From the NCBI RefSeq assembly GCF_009914755.1, contig NC_060926.1: DNA of 64,000 bases. One strand, given 5' to 3'. Positions within the stretch are counted from its first letter, which is position 1. Each line of letters starts with the position of its first letter. Positions 16,194-31,501 of the stretch are shown in pieces. Position numbers and translations under genes: made by a program. The stretch is from the human T2T-CHM13v2.0 reference genome, Homo sapiens. The notes beneath the pieces are model-generated. The model made no database searches. It was not told the origin of the DNA and saw nothing but the letters and a program-made list of their open reading frames with translations.

Positions 16194-16279
16194 AGAATAA
16201 GCCTTCTTGACCAATAACCAGTGAGGTACAATCAACTGTGGATCTCCAGCTAAAACCAACTCTTTTGTCACCTTCCTTG
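16194..16279 (+). repeat. Dispersed direct repeat, copy 2 (partner 12279-12365)
   Basis: Near-identical to 12279-12365. Confidence 0.95.
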
Positions 16280-17100
16280 GTTGATGGAGCTTCCCTTCCT
16301 CCCAATCAGAGCCTTGCAATGATAACCAAACTCTACATATCCAATGACAGTCATAGGTCATCAAAAAAATCAGAAGTTATTCACCTTTATACAATCTGCT
16401 GACCAAAAGCCACGATAATCAAAGCAGCAGAAATTTTTGATCATTTTCCTCTGCCTTTTTTGAGAAAAAAATAGGTGGGGTGGAAGGAAACCACTTATAA
16501 TTGAATAGGAAAGAAGTTACATGCTTTTAGGGAACTTTCAACCCTTCATGTGACTTTTTGGGAATAACCAAACCAGAAAGGCCAATTAAGTTCCAAATGT
16601 CTGTGGGGTGTGTCCTGTAACGAGTCAAGAGGTAAACGTCCTGACAGAAGAGCAATACAAAAGAAGAAGCCCCCTGCCCTACAGAAATAAAATGCTCTCC
16701 AGAAGAGAGTGGTAAAGATTCTTCTTAGAAAAATGAGACCAGCATGGATGCAAGTAAATTGTTGGACATAATGATCATAATAAAGACACATCCATATAAG
16801 AACTTACAAGGAGTTCCCCAAATAATTACAGGGAGTAAACAGATATCCTATAGCACATCATTAGCAATATTTTTCTAAAAGTCTAATTGTTATTCGTCTA
16901 GAATTCCTGCAGTTGTGATAGTGTGGTGATGTGTAGGAGCACACATGTGCTTATTCATCTCAAATTTTCTAGTTCTCTCTCAAGAACAACTTAGAATGGC
17001 AGCAATCAGAAAGTTAAAGGATTCTGGACATGTCTTTAATTTTACTTTTTTTGAGCTTCCCTGGAATTATTTTTAAAGAAGGAATGAATCCTTAAATATT

Positions 17101-17587
17101 CTTTTAAAAATTATTAGTTGTTATGGATACATACTAGTTGTGCATATTTATTGGGTACATGTAATATTTTGACACAAGCATGCAATGTTTAATGATCAAA
17201 TTAGGATAATTGGGGTATCCATGACCTCAAGCATATATTATTTGTGTTAGGAACATCCCAATTGCACTTTTTTAGTTATTTTGAAATATATAATTATTCT
17301 TAACCATAATTGCCCTATTGTGCCACCACATGCTAGATCTTATTCCTTCTAACTTTATTTTTGTACCTGTTAACCATTCCCTCTTTATCCCCCCTCCTCA
17401 CTATGCTTCCAAGCCTCTGGTAACCATCATTCTCCTCTCTCTCTCCATGACTTCAAGTTTTTATTTTTAGCTCCCATATATTAGTGAGAACATGCAATAT
17501 TTGCCTTTCTGTGCCTGGCTTATTTCACTTAACAAAATGAAATCCTATCATTTGCAGCAACATGGATGGAACTAGGGGATCTTATGT
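17101..17587 (-). mobile_element. L1MA-type 3' end, 5'-truncated with a 5' inversion
   Basis: Minus-strand L1 3' end at 17101-17534 (...GTGCCTGGCTTATTTCACTTAACA), then a plus-strand segment at 17535-17587 (AATGAAATCCTATCATTTGCAGCAACATGGATGGAACT). Flanks AAATATT. Confidence 0.85.
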
Positions 17588-17683
17588 AAAATATTTTTAT
17601 TTGTTTATTATACTGACTTCCTTAAATTAAAAAAATGCTTTTAATTTTTTTACCCAGTAAATCACAGTCTACTGATGGATTAC

Positions 17684-18094
17684 TGTATTACTCTGTTCTC
17701 ATGCCACTATCAAGAAATACCTGAGAATGGGCAATTCATAAAAAAAAAGAAGTTTAATTGACTCAAGATTCTGCAGGCTGTTTAGGAAGCATGGCAGCTT
17801 CAGCTTCTGGGGAGGCATCAGGAAACTTACAATCACGGTGTAAGGTGAAGGGGAAATTGGCATGTCTTATATGGCAGGAGCGGGAGGAAGAGGAGTGGGG
17901 GAGGTCCTACAAAATTTTAAACAACCAGATCTCATGAGAACAATATCAAGAGAACTACAACAGGAGAATGTTGCTAAACCATTAGCAATTGTCCCCATGT
18001 TCCAATTACCTCCCGCCAGGCTCCATCTCCAGCACTGGGGATTACAATTCAACATGAGATTTGGGTGGGGACACAGATCATCCAAACCATATCA
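17684..18094 (-). mobile_element. MSTA-like MaLR solo LTR
   Basis: TGTATTA...TTTGGGTGGGGACACAGAT...CCAAACCATATCA. Confidence 0.85.
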
Positions 18095-18392
18095 GCCACA
18101 ATGCCAGGGGTTAATCCTCTTGTTCCCTTTTCTTGGCCTGTGGGAATTCCCTTCTTCTCCAACAGGGACTTATAATGAAAAAACTTCTTCCACTTGTTCT
18201 ATAACAATTATGACACCAAGTAAACAATAAGTCATCAAGTACAAAAAGAGCTGAAATTCCGAAAAAATGTTAAGAGGATATTAAACTTCCATAAGGCCAT
18301 CTACTCTTGTCAACCTGTGATTAAATAAAATAAATGGTGGCCCTCAACTCCCTGGGACAAGATATTTAAAAATAGCTTAGAAATGCTACCCA

Positions 18393-18829
<437 letters not shown>

Positions 18830-20353
18830 AGAAATGCTATCCAAAGCATGTAGACAATGAGCATTAGGGTTAAATACTCATAGAGGATGGACTCCAGTTT
18901 TGATTGGCAAGCCATACCTACATTGACTCTCCCAAAGGATGACTCATTGAAGGTAAAATCTGGATGTTTTCTTGCCAGTGATGGTCTGGAATGGTCCAGA
19001 AATTGCCCATCAAAACTCACTTAGGCTCTACATATCTTTGGGCCATTTTTAAAACTTAAAGGGGAATGTTGTCTTTATTATCTAGATTTTAAGTTCTAAA
19101 AGTTAACTCTAGCCATGTGCACATTTTGTCACGTTTCTCATCAACTCCCTCAGGAAAAGTAACATTTTAAGATGGTTGCACGTAGCATGACATCATCCAA
19201 AATAAACCAAAGCAGATTTTCTGAACATGCTGCACATGACAACAAATGCTACAATTTGACTGGTGTCCAACATGGGAAATACTTCAAACATTTGAGAAAA
19301 GACATTAAAATTAAAGAAAACAAAAAGCCGGGGTTATTTTCACAGGAAACAAAGAGCACTTACCAAAATCACCATCTTTTGCTTTGCCTTCAGCATTGCT
19401 AGGTTTTCAGTCTGTTTTTTTGGTCACACTGTCTGTATTTTAGACACAGGATATAAGACAGCCAAAGGCAATATTCCTTACTCACATTACTCATGCAAAG
19501 TCTCGTGATGAGCAGCGGCGGAAGTCATGGGATAAACAAAAACAAATCCATGACCCTCGAAACCATGGATTTTAATTATTTCACACAAGTAAAACTTTCC
19601 AAACATGTATGCTGATATTTCAGTGGACAACAGTACTTGGAACCAAAAGCATTTCTTCCATATGAGAAGTATGGGAAATGTAAATATCCTGGTTTTATTT
19701 TCTCCTGATCCTGGGGGATGTTTGGGGGCTAACAGAAATCTTTAGATAGGAAATTCGCAAGTGCGAGGTAGATACAATGAGTCTTTCTTTAGTCCACTCT
19801 CTCACTGGCTTCACCACTTTGGGCCTCAGTTTCCTTACATATAATTGAGTGCTATGAAAAAGACATTATCTAAGATCGTTTTCACTGCAAATTTTGGGAG
19901 TGTATGATCCTTTCAGAACTTCCTCATGAATTCTGTGGGTATGTGACAAACTTTATCTCGTTAAAAGAAATGCGAGTTTAATTTACTCACTATGTTGTTT
20001 GCCTAAGTGTATTAACCTCTGTGCCATGATTCTTAGTATTTCCACATTGTAGATGATTAGTCCAGGGATATCATCCAGCCAAATCCCGTTTCTATAGAAG
20101 GCAACACTGGCAGTATTTGCAGTCTCTCAGGTTTGCATTAACATTTCTTAAAAATGGAGCTGGTGTTAGATATTTCACAATCCAATTAGAAAGAATGAGA
20201 TAATTTTTACAAGTTGTATATCTTCTGCAATTTACATCTCTAAGTGACTGAGCAGTGACTAATGTGAAGGCAAATATTATTTCATTACCTCAGTTTACTT
20301 GTTCCACACCTCCAAGATATAAATGACTGATGATGCTTATGAGTTGGTGTTAG

Positions 20354-20678
<325 letters not shown>

Positions 20679-20869
20679 CCCTCTCAGTGTTTTAAAGCAC
20701 ATCTTCCTAAGTAAACTCGTTTCGTTTAAGGAAGTGAACTTTGTTTTGTTTCTTTTAAATCCCTTAGTCACTTTATATGTGTTTATGAATGTTAGGGAAA
20801 GAATGAGCAGGAAGAGGCCTTATTAACTTAAAGAAAGTTAGGACAATGACGTTGAATGAAGAAGAAACA

Positions 20870-20972
20870 TTGTTTTTTGTTTTGTTTTTCCTTAAGGCTC
20901 GCTATGTTGCCCCTGCTGGACTCCAGAGCTCAAGGGATCTTCCTGCCTCAGTCCCCTGAATAGCCGGGGCTA
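20870..20972 (-). mobile_element. Alu/FLAM fragment
   Basis: CTCGCTATGTTGCCC...CTCAAGGGATCTTCCTGCCTCAG. Confidence 0.7.
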
Positions 20973-22089
20973 TAGAAAAAACAAATTTGTCATTGTTTGA
21001 GGCAAAGCCCTACACATATATTCCATATAATTTCCATTTTTAAAATTTACTCCACTCAAGTAGCTAATTTTCCAAGTCAGCTTATGTCTACACAAATAGG
21101 CAAGAAATTGAGACTTCCAGTTAAATATGGAGAGATATACTTTTATCTCAACCCTCTCCAAAAGCCTTACTAAAGAGACAGTAAAACTAACAAAGGCATA
21201 AACAGTGCTGGGCTGGAGATAGCACTTACCTGCTACTGAGATATAACTGATAAGTATTCAGGACTCTTGCAAGCCTGTTAAATTATTGGTAGCTTGAAGA
21301 CAGTCATATAGTAAGAGCATCTACACCACTAGAAATTGGCAAATGCTATAAATCAGTTTTCCCTTTTTCTTTTTTTCCATAGAGAGTCATTTATTTGCAC
21401 TGAACAAGCCCCTAAGAAAAATGGCCATCAGAGACACCAGGCATGTAAAGACAGCAGATGGGCATTATCAGCATGAGTTCAGAAGCTAGGAAGCAGATAT
21501 TTAAGTGGTAACTGATTTATCAGACTAAAGGAAACAAGGGAAGCTTTCAAAGGGGGAAGGTCTATTCCTCACTACCACCACCAAACAAACAAAAAGTTGT
21601 TCAATGCAGAAAACCCTGGAAAAACTTATGAGTTTGAGACCTTAGTACCTGTGAAAAGTAGAAGGGCAAGGTGGTGTGTCCAGAATTGGTGGGTTCTTGG
21701 TCTCACTGACCTCAAGAATAAACCGCGGACCCTCGCGGTGAGTGTTACAGTTCTTAAAGGCGGCGTGTCTGGAGTTTGTTCCTTCTGATGTTCGGATGTG
21801 TTCGGAGTTTCTTCCTTCCGGTGGGTTCGTGGTCTCGGTGGCTCAGGAGTGAAGTTGCAAACCTTCGCGGTGAGCGTCACAGTTCTTAAAGTGATGCGTC
21901 TGGAGTTGTTCGTTTCTCCCGGTGGGTTCGTGGTCTCGCTGGCTTCAGGAGTGAAGCTGCAGACCTTCGCTGTAAGTGTTACGGCTCATAAAGTCAGTAT
22001 GGACCCAAAGAGAGAACAATAGCAAGATTTATTGCAAAGGGTGAAAAAACAAAGCTTCCACAGTGTACAAAAGGACTCCAAGGGGTTGC

Positions 22090-22620
22090 CACTGCTGGCT
22101 GGGGGGGGGGGGGGGCAGCCTGCTTTTATTCTCTTATCTGGCCCCACCCACATCGTGCAGATTGGTCCATTTTACAGAGGGCTGACTAGTCTGTTTTACA
22201 GAGAGCTGATTGGTCCGTTTTGACAGGGTGTTGATTGGTGCGTTCATAATTCCTGAGCTAGACACGAAAGTTCTCCAGGTCCCCACTAGATTAGCTAGAT
22301 ACAGAGTGTCCATTGGTATATTTACAAACTCTGAGCTAGACACAGAGTGCTGATTGGTGCATTTACAAACCTTGAGCTAGATACAGAGTGCCGATTGGTG
22401 CATTCACAATCCCTTAGCTAGACATAAAAGTTCTCCAAGTCCCCACCAGATTAACTAGATACAGAGTGCCCATTGGTGCATCCACAAACCCTGAGCTAGA
22501 CACAGGGTGCTGATTGGTGTGTTTACAAACCTTGAGCTAGATAAAGAGTGCCCGTTGGTGTATTTACAATCCCTCAGCTAGATATAAAAGTTCTCCATAA
22601 AGGTTCTCCAAGTCTCCACT
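22090..22620 (-). promoter_or_regulatory. ERV9 LTR promoter/enhancer: tandem CCAAT (NF-Y) and GATA repeats, AATAAA TATA-like box
   Basis: Eight ATTGG (CCAAT on the minus strand) in ~40-bp repeats with AGATA motifs; TTTATT at 22125-22130. The architecture is known for ERV9/LTR12, but activity at this copy is not demonstrated. Confidence 0.7.
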
Positions 22621-22808
22621 AGACTCAGGAGCCCAGCTGGCTTCACCCAGTGGATCTCACACAGGGGCTGCAAGTGGAGCTGCCTGCCAGTCCCGTGCCA
22701 TGCGCCCACACTCCTCAGACCTTGGGCGGTTGATGGGACTGGGCGCCCTGGAGCAGGGAGCAGTACTCGTAGGGGAGTCTTGGGCGTGCAGGAGCCCACA
22801 GCAGGTCT

Positions 22809-22925
22809 GGTGGGGGGACAGGGGGATGGGGACGGCGGGGGGGGCGGGGAGGGGCGGGGAGAGGCGGGGGGGGGCCGGGGAGAGGCGGGGGGGCGGGGAG
22901 AGGCGGGGGGGCGGGGAGGGGCGGG
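22809..22925 (+). repeat. G-rich minisatellite within LTR12C
   Basis: Three CGGGGAGAGGC(G)7-9 units flanked by CGGGGAGGGG; more than 12 G-tracts. Confidence 0.9.
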
Positions 22926-23655
22926 ACTCAGGCATGGCGGGCTTTGGGTCCCGAGCCCTGCCCTGCGGGGTGGCAGCTAAGGCCCGGCGAGAAATCTAGC
23001 GCAGCGACAGTGGGCCGAGACCGCTGGGGGACCCGGCGCACCCACCGCAGCTGCTGGCCCAAGTGCTAAGCCCTCACTGCTCGGGGCCGGCTGGCCACTC
23101 CAAGTGCCGGGCCCACCAAGCCCACCCAGAATTCTAGCTGGCCCGCAAGTGCCGCGGGCAGCCCCGGTTCCCGCCTATGCCTCTCCCTCCGCACCTCCCC
23201 GCAGGCTGAGGGAGCCGGCTCCAGCCTCGGCCATCCCAAGAAGGGGCTCCCACAGTACAGCGGCAGGCTGAAGGGCTCCTCAAGCGCGGCCAGAGTGGGC
23301 GCTGAGGCCGAGGAGGTGCCAAGGGCAGGTGCCAAGAGCGAGCGAGGGCTGCGAGGGCTGCCAGCATGCTGTCACTTCTCAGTGGGACTGAAAGCAAGAA
23401 GAAAGGTTGAAAGTCCATTAAAGAAGAAATTGGATCCTTAGAACCCCTCAACTACCACACCCAGTCAGGTGATCCTTCCTCCCATAATCTGCAGATAAGA
23501 GAGTTTAATAAGATAGGCTGTAAAGTGTGGTATGCCAGGGTTACTGAGGGTTAGTTAGTCTGACATGCTGTACTGAAAACGGGAGTTAAGTGAAGATTAA
23601 CATACTGAATGGAGATACCCAAACTTTCTTCTTTCAAGGTTGGCAACGAGGTTCA

Positions 23656-24004
<349 letters not shown>

Positions 24005-24725
24005 CTTTGCATTTAAAATGTCAGCTGACAACCAAATCAATAGATATTACAGAAAAAACTTACATAAAGGGCAATGCCCTAAAGAAACAAACAAACAAAA
24101 GAATCTGGAGAAAATAAAGACAATATTTAGAGGGTAGGAAAATAGGTAAAAAGTAATATTTAAAAGAAACAAGAGCAGCAGGCTATGAAAAGGATCATAC
24201 GGAGAAAAATCTTTGTAATTAAAAATATGTTAACTTATCTTAAAAAGTTAACAGGAAACTGGAAATATAAAAAAGTTCAGGATAAACTTTACAATGTAGG
24301 ACAAGATAAAACAGGAAAATTATAGATACAATTTAAGAAAAATAAAGAATAAAGTGTAATAATGTGAGTTATAAGAAGAGAGAATTAAATAAAAATGAAA
24401 AAAAAATTGTCAAGCAAATAATACAGAAATGTTTCCCAGAATGGAAATGAATAAATTTTTAGATTGATCGGTTCAGATTTTCAGAAAAATGAACTTCGAA
24501 TACTCAACTAAAGGCACATGTATATAAAATGCTAAAATGCCAGGAATAGAAGGGTCACTTGAAAAGATTGAAATTAGAAAAGATTTCTAAGGTCAGAAAG
24601 CGACCTTAGAAAGTAGAAAATAATGAACAAATTGCTTTGAAAACCTGAGAGAAAATGATTCCAGCCTAGAATTCCATGCCAAGAAATTTTAAAAGACAAA
24701 TATAAGGGTAGAAAATAGTGAACGA

Positions 24726-25154
<429 letters not shown>

Positions 25155-26829
25155 TTAAGCAACATGAGGGAATAACCCAAAACAGAAGTAGCTAGAGGAT
25201 ACAGGAAACAAGCGTTGAGAAACAGAAAATAAAGAAAATTCCCAGGATATTGATGAAGAAAAGTTCTAGAACATCAGCTCCCTGTGGTCTGAGAGAAACC
25301 AGTCCAGACTGGTGAGGAGGTTGGAGGGCTCCAGATGGAATAACCAATATGTTGGAATACCTAGGACAGTTTTGGCAGAAAGTTTAGGGATGAATTAGCA
25401 ATTGGTACATTAAAAAGTAAGAAAAAAAAAAGAGGTAATACTTAACTCCAGGGAAAGCAAGTTACACAAAAAGAAGCGTAATCATAAGTAACATCTGTGA
25501 CTAGTATTTCCATTATATCAACAATTTTGTTTCAGGGTAAGGTAAGTGCATCTGATTTTTTGGTGAGGTGAGAAATAGCATATAGGTTGAGAAAGCTAAA
25601 TTTTTAACTTTCCCAATAGCAGAGCAAGAGATAACATCTACAACTGGCTTGCTTTTAAAATAATGTACATGTATTACTCTGATTAAAAGAAAAAACCGAT
25701 GGCGTATTTTTTAAAAAAGAAAAGCAATTACTTGAAAAAATTTAAGCCAAATTCCATCACTTTTCTACCATAACACTTTGACACCATTATTTGAACAATT
25801 TAGACATTTTTAAAAGTTGAAAATCATGACTTGTATTTTATTCCAGGCTAAAAGATTTGACTAGATGTTACTTCCAAAGTGGTCAGGCCAATTCTCAACT
25901 TACTATGACCCTCTGAGTAGCAAGATTAGTATTTCCACAGTCTCTGAGATTAAAATTCTATGCAATTGATTTGTTGTACACAAACATGTCTGTTCTCCTC
26001 CACTGTACTAGTATGCTAACTTTAGAACTTGGAACTCCCAGGGAAATAGTCTAGAATGTATCATTTTCCTTTTACCTGTACTGTTTGTCTGTCTCATATT
26101 ATCTAATGGCATTTTTATTCTCTATTGAATATATATTTCTAAATATCTATGAAAGATTAAAATTTGAAGGAAAAATTTCAGAGAATTCAAATCCTTAAGG
26201 TCAACTGTTTGCTTAAATCAGTTTTTCCAAGAACTGCTAAGTCAAGTTTAATTCTTTCTTAAATATTATTACATATCCCTATCCGCTCATGTCCGTGCCA
26301 ATGAACCAGCTGTTTTTGAGAAGGCAAGAATTTTATCTCTAGATTTTATCTGAACAAGTTTTCCAAAAAAGATCATTGTAGAATGAAGCATACCTGCTGG
26401 TGACCTCTTCATTTCTAAGAGAAGAATTAGAAATATTTTTTTGTGTGTGAATAAACAGTGGCTGACCTACATCGTTGCTGAAATCCATTGTTTCAAATAT
26501 CAGAGCAAGGCCTTATGGTTTTCCTTTCTGAAGGCACAGTACTGCCAGTATCGTTTCTTACTTGAGCACTAAGAAAGTCAATTTTCTTGACTCTTAGAGC
26601 AATAATTTTGGAGGAATGTGAACCTTTTACGAATGTGACTAGAAAAAATAGTAGGTACAAATACAACAATAAAACTTTGGAGGATTTCCAGGCTTTGGAC
26701 AGTACCTTGAATACAGCATGCATTTTTAAATATGTACAGACCAATTGTCACAAAAAGAGAGACAGAAGAGGTTGTTTCTGAAGTTCAGTTTTAAGAACAT
26801 ACCTATATTTTTATAAAACTGAAATAAAG

Positions 26830-27386
<557 letters not shown>

Positions 27387-28066
27387 CATACATTTAATAT
27401 TTTAGGAAACCTTTTCATTTTAAGTGAGTTCTTTTTTGAAATACAGATAGTTAATTTGTCTTGTTTTGAATTTTTGTAGAATAAAACGTTTTTTAAAAAA
27501 GTATACACACAAACACTTTAACCATATATGGAGTGGTTTATTAAAAGGAAAAACCCAGTTTAGAAATTATGATTTTCAAGCTCCAATGGGTAGAAATACA
27601 CAACACCTCTAAAATGGCATCAGTTTTCATGAAGGGGAAAAGTGATAAATGATTTCAATAACTCTTAGTCTATTCTTTGAATATTTCATGAGAAAATGTA
27701 AATGAAGGTTGGGAAGAAATTGTCCTTATGAGTCCAGAAGGGTATTGACAAATACTTATTTTGTATTTGATTTCTTTTGTTCTATTTCCTAATTTTATAA
27801 AACCATCTGGAAGAGTGCTGCTAAGGTAAACTGAAGAGTTCTAATGATCTATGTTATAGTTTAGATATCTTAATAGTCACCATAGTTGTAACTTAAACCA
27901 ACTGAATTTTAGCTTGAATTTCGTGCTTTCTGTTCTTATATTTTACTAAATAGCTTTAGTTTTTTTAAATGTAAAATTCCATATATCTCTCTATGTTTGG
28001 GTTCCTCTCATTCTAGATTATTTAATTTTCCCCTTTTATATAGTGTAGTTCATTTCAGAAATGAGA

Positions 28067-28368
<302 letters not shown>

Positions 28369-31159
28369 TTGAGACTTTTTCTTAATATTTGTCTGATTTT
28401 CAGTATCCAACAGGTGCTAAAATTGCAAATTTGATCAAGAGAATAAGTGCTGTGGTATAAGGGGAAGTGTGTTTAGTATAAAATAATAACATCTTCAAAA
28501 TAAGTCCATTTTATGACTATTAGTAAAGCTACCCTGATGTTATTCTCTATAAAAATATCTTTTTCATTTTTAACCAAAGTTTACTTCATTTATTTTATTA
28601 TAAAATAAAATAACCAATCATACTAAGAAAAACATGTTAAGAGTATTGTTAGCCCACATAAAAGGAATGAGCAGGAAATAAATGCAAGCAATGAGAGATA
28701 CCAAATTTAAAATGGTGATTCTTGGCAGGGAAGTAAGTTGGTATAATTGGAAAAAAGTACACAGGGCCTTCAATTATTTAGACAAAATGTTATTTCTTAA
28801 GTGAGTTCTCTTTGTAATACTGCATTTTGTATATATCCTAATATTGCACAAACTTGTAAACACACACACACAATCAGCACAGCATGTGAAATTTAGCGTA
28901 GCTCTGATTTTGCCACATTCCTATGGTTAACAAGGAACAAAGCCAGACTTAGCCATTAAAGACTGTGTAGCTTCATATCTCCTGCATGAGCAGGGGTGGC
29001 GCTGTTTGAAGGCAGTAGTAATGTTGCTAAAACCTAAGAGGCCACACCACTCAATATGGGATGGTTTGGACCACTGGAGAAAGATGGGTTCTCAGTCAGC
29101 AAAGTGGAAGCACAAAAGGAGAGTTTATGGAGGTGGGACAGAGAAGTCTGAGTTGCTCTTTCTCTCCCCCTTTACTCTGTCAGGCTTGGATTTCAGAATG
29201 GATGAATGCCCTAGGTGGTGAGTGCAACATGTCATCTTCTATGGTAAACCAACCCAGGAGCTACAAAGGAGGGAATTACCTTATGCCATTCCTTTTTTTT
29301 TTTTTAAACTTTATGGCAGGAATAATCTCTGTAAACATGTGAGATCCATTACCTAGTTTTATGTTACAGTTTGGGCTTATTTCTTTTTATTACCTGAAAG
29401 CCTATAGTAAGGTATTGTTTATTCTCTCACACCGTATGCCTAAAGGTGGGATAGGAGCCAAATCTTAGCATCCCTATATTATTTGAAGATTATTATGTCT
29501 CCATCTTGTCTAAATAAAATGGCTAATATGAACCCATTTACAAGAATTAACACAAATATCTTTTTAATAATTGTATTCCTTGAAAGTTGTGGATAAAGGA
29601 GACTTTTGTGAATGTAACTTTTTAAAATACACTGCACAATAGCATTATTTAATAAATCAAGGAAGAGTGATCACTATTTGTAAGGTAAATAATCATATCT
29701 TAATCTATCTTGTCTGCGAAATTTATGTTTGTATATATTTATTTTTAAAATGCTTTATAACTATGTTGGTGATGTTGACTCCAATTTTTGTGGGCAAGTT
29801 GCCAGAACTTGTCAGCGGAACTTCCTAAGGTAGTGAGCAACTGTGTAGTCAATTGTGTTAATACAAAAGCTTAACCAGTCATGCCAGCACTCTGCTTTTA
29901 CTGTGCATTATCCAGTCAGAAAATCTGTACTTTGTATGTAGACTGAACAATTGACAATTTGCTATTTTATTCTACCAAGTGGGTATGAACCCAAGTAGTG
30001 AGGATAGTAATTCTTTTCTGTTTAAAAACTAGAATCCAAGAAGCAGCAAGTAAAATGGTGAAGAGAACACAATATAGCCCAGACCATCTGACCATTTCAC
30101 TTGACCTCACCAAGAGGCCGACAAGCAATTATCTGACCATTTCATATCATTGCAATATGGATTATTCTCTCACCAAATAGATCTTGTGATCATATGCATT
30201 TGTTGTTCAACTGTCAAAAGAATTATATTTATTTTTAATTTATTCATTTTCTAATTAAAGTTTAGAAAAAAGCTTCTCTAAATGCTCATATTTCATGACG
30301 TAGGGTATTAGGCTGTGCTAATGAACTCGGAGTTCATCACATTTCTTAAAGTACAGAACTTGACTTAATAAAGTTTTTGTCTCTACCAGGCATTGTTATG
30401 AGAAAAGTCATTTTATTTTCATTCTTAAAAGGACTTCATGCATGAGATTGCCACTTCACAGAGTATTTATCAAACATGGACAAGCTTATTTTTAATCACT
30501 GTGTTGAAAGGTAAGTTAAAGTAGCATATAACCTATACATAAGAAGCAAGATAAATATTCCAATTGTAACCTTACAGAAATGTCCCACTATATAGGGCAA
30601 AGGGTCTTCAACTGGAGTTTTTGCCCTTAATGGCTACCTCTATGCAAAGTGTCTAAAAAGATAGCATCTTCCAGTTAAAATTATGGTACAGACAGTTTGT
30701 TGATATTTTAAAAGTAATGAATTACACATATCTAACATTTTAAAGTTTTATCCTTCTTAAGCAGTTTTTGATTATGTCCATCTTATACATTTTAGTAATT
30801 ACCTATATACACTGCAAGCATGAACATTCTTGTGATCAAAAATCCTTCAAAACTACCTCTTATTGTGATTATTTATGGAGAGTTACTGGAAACTGGAACT
30901 AGAGAATGATAAATTTAGGAAAATGTGGTGTTGTACGTATCTATATGTAATAATACGATCAATTTTCACAGTTAACATAGTGCATCTTGTTATAGGTTAT
31001 AAATGTTAAAAAATATTAATTTTCTATTAACGAGATTCTTGGGCAAAAAGTTAAATTGTAGAAATGTCATAGACATTCAAAACTTTCCTTTTTTACTTAT
31101 GTCCCATATTTACTCACGTCTCCTCTTTTGTTATATCCATGGTTAAAAACACAGACTTT

Positions 31160-31501
<342 letters not shown>

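Larger units (their letters stand above)
21675..23381 (-). mobile_element. LTR12C (ERV9) solo LTR
   Basis: Left end TGTGTCCAGAATTGGTGGGTTCTTGG; right end GCTGTCACTTCTCA (reverse complement TGAGAAGTGACAGC). Perfect 4-bp TSD GTGG at 21671-21674 and 23382-23385. U3 and U5 tandem subrepeats and a CpG-rich 5' U3 are present. Confidence 0.95.

Noticed and set aside
22140-22620. CRISPR-like regularly spaced repeats
   Set aside because: These are the standard U3 tandem subrepeats of LTR12. There are no unique spacers or cas genes, and the context is eukaryotic.
22650-23380. CpG island marking a host gene promoter
   Set aside because: It is wholly contained within the LTR12C, between its TSDs.
30321-30337. 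Palindrome ATGAACTC-G-GAGTTCAT resembling a nuclear-receptor element
   Set aside because: Arms of 8 bp are expected by chance in 64 kb, and the spacing is not a canonical element.
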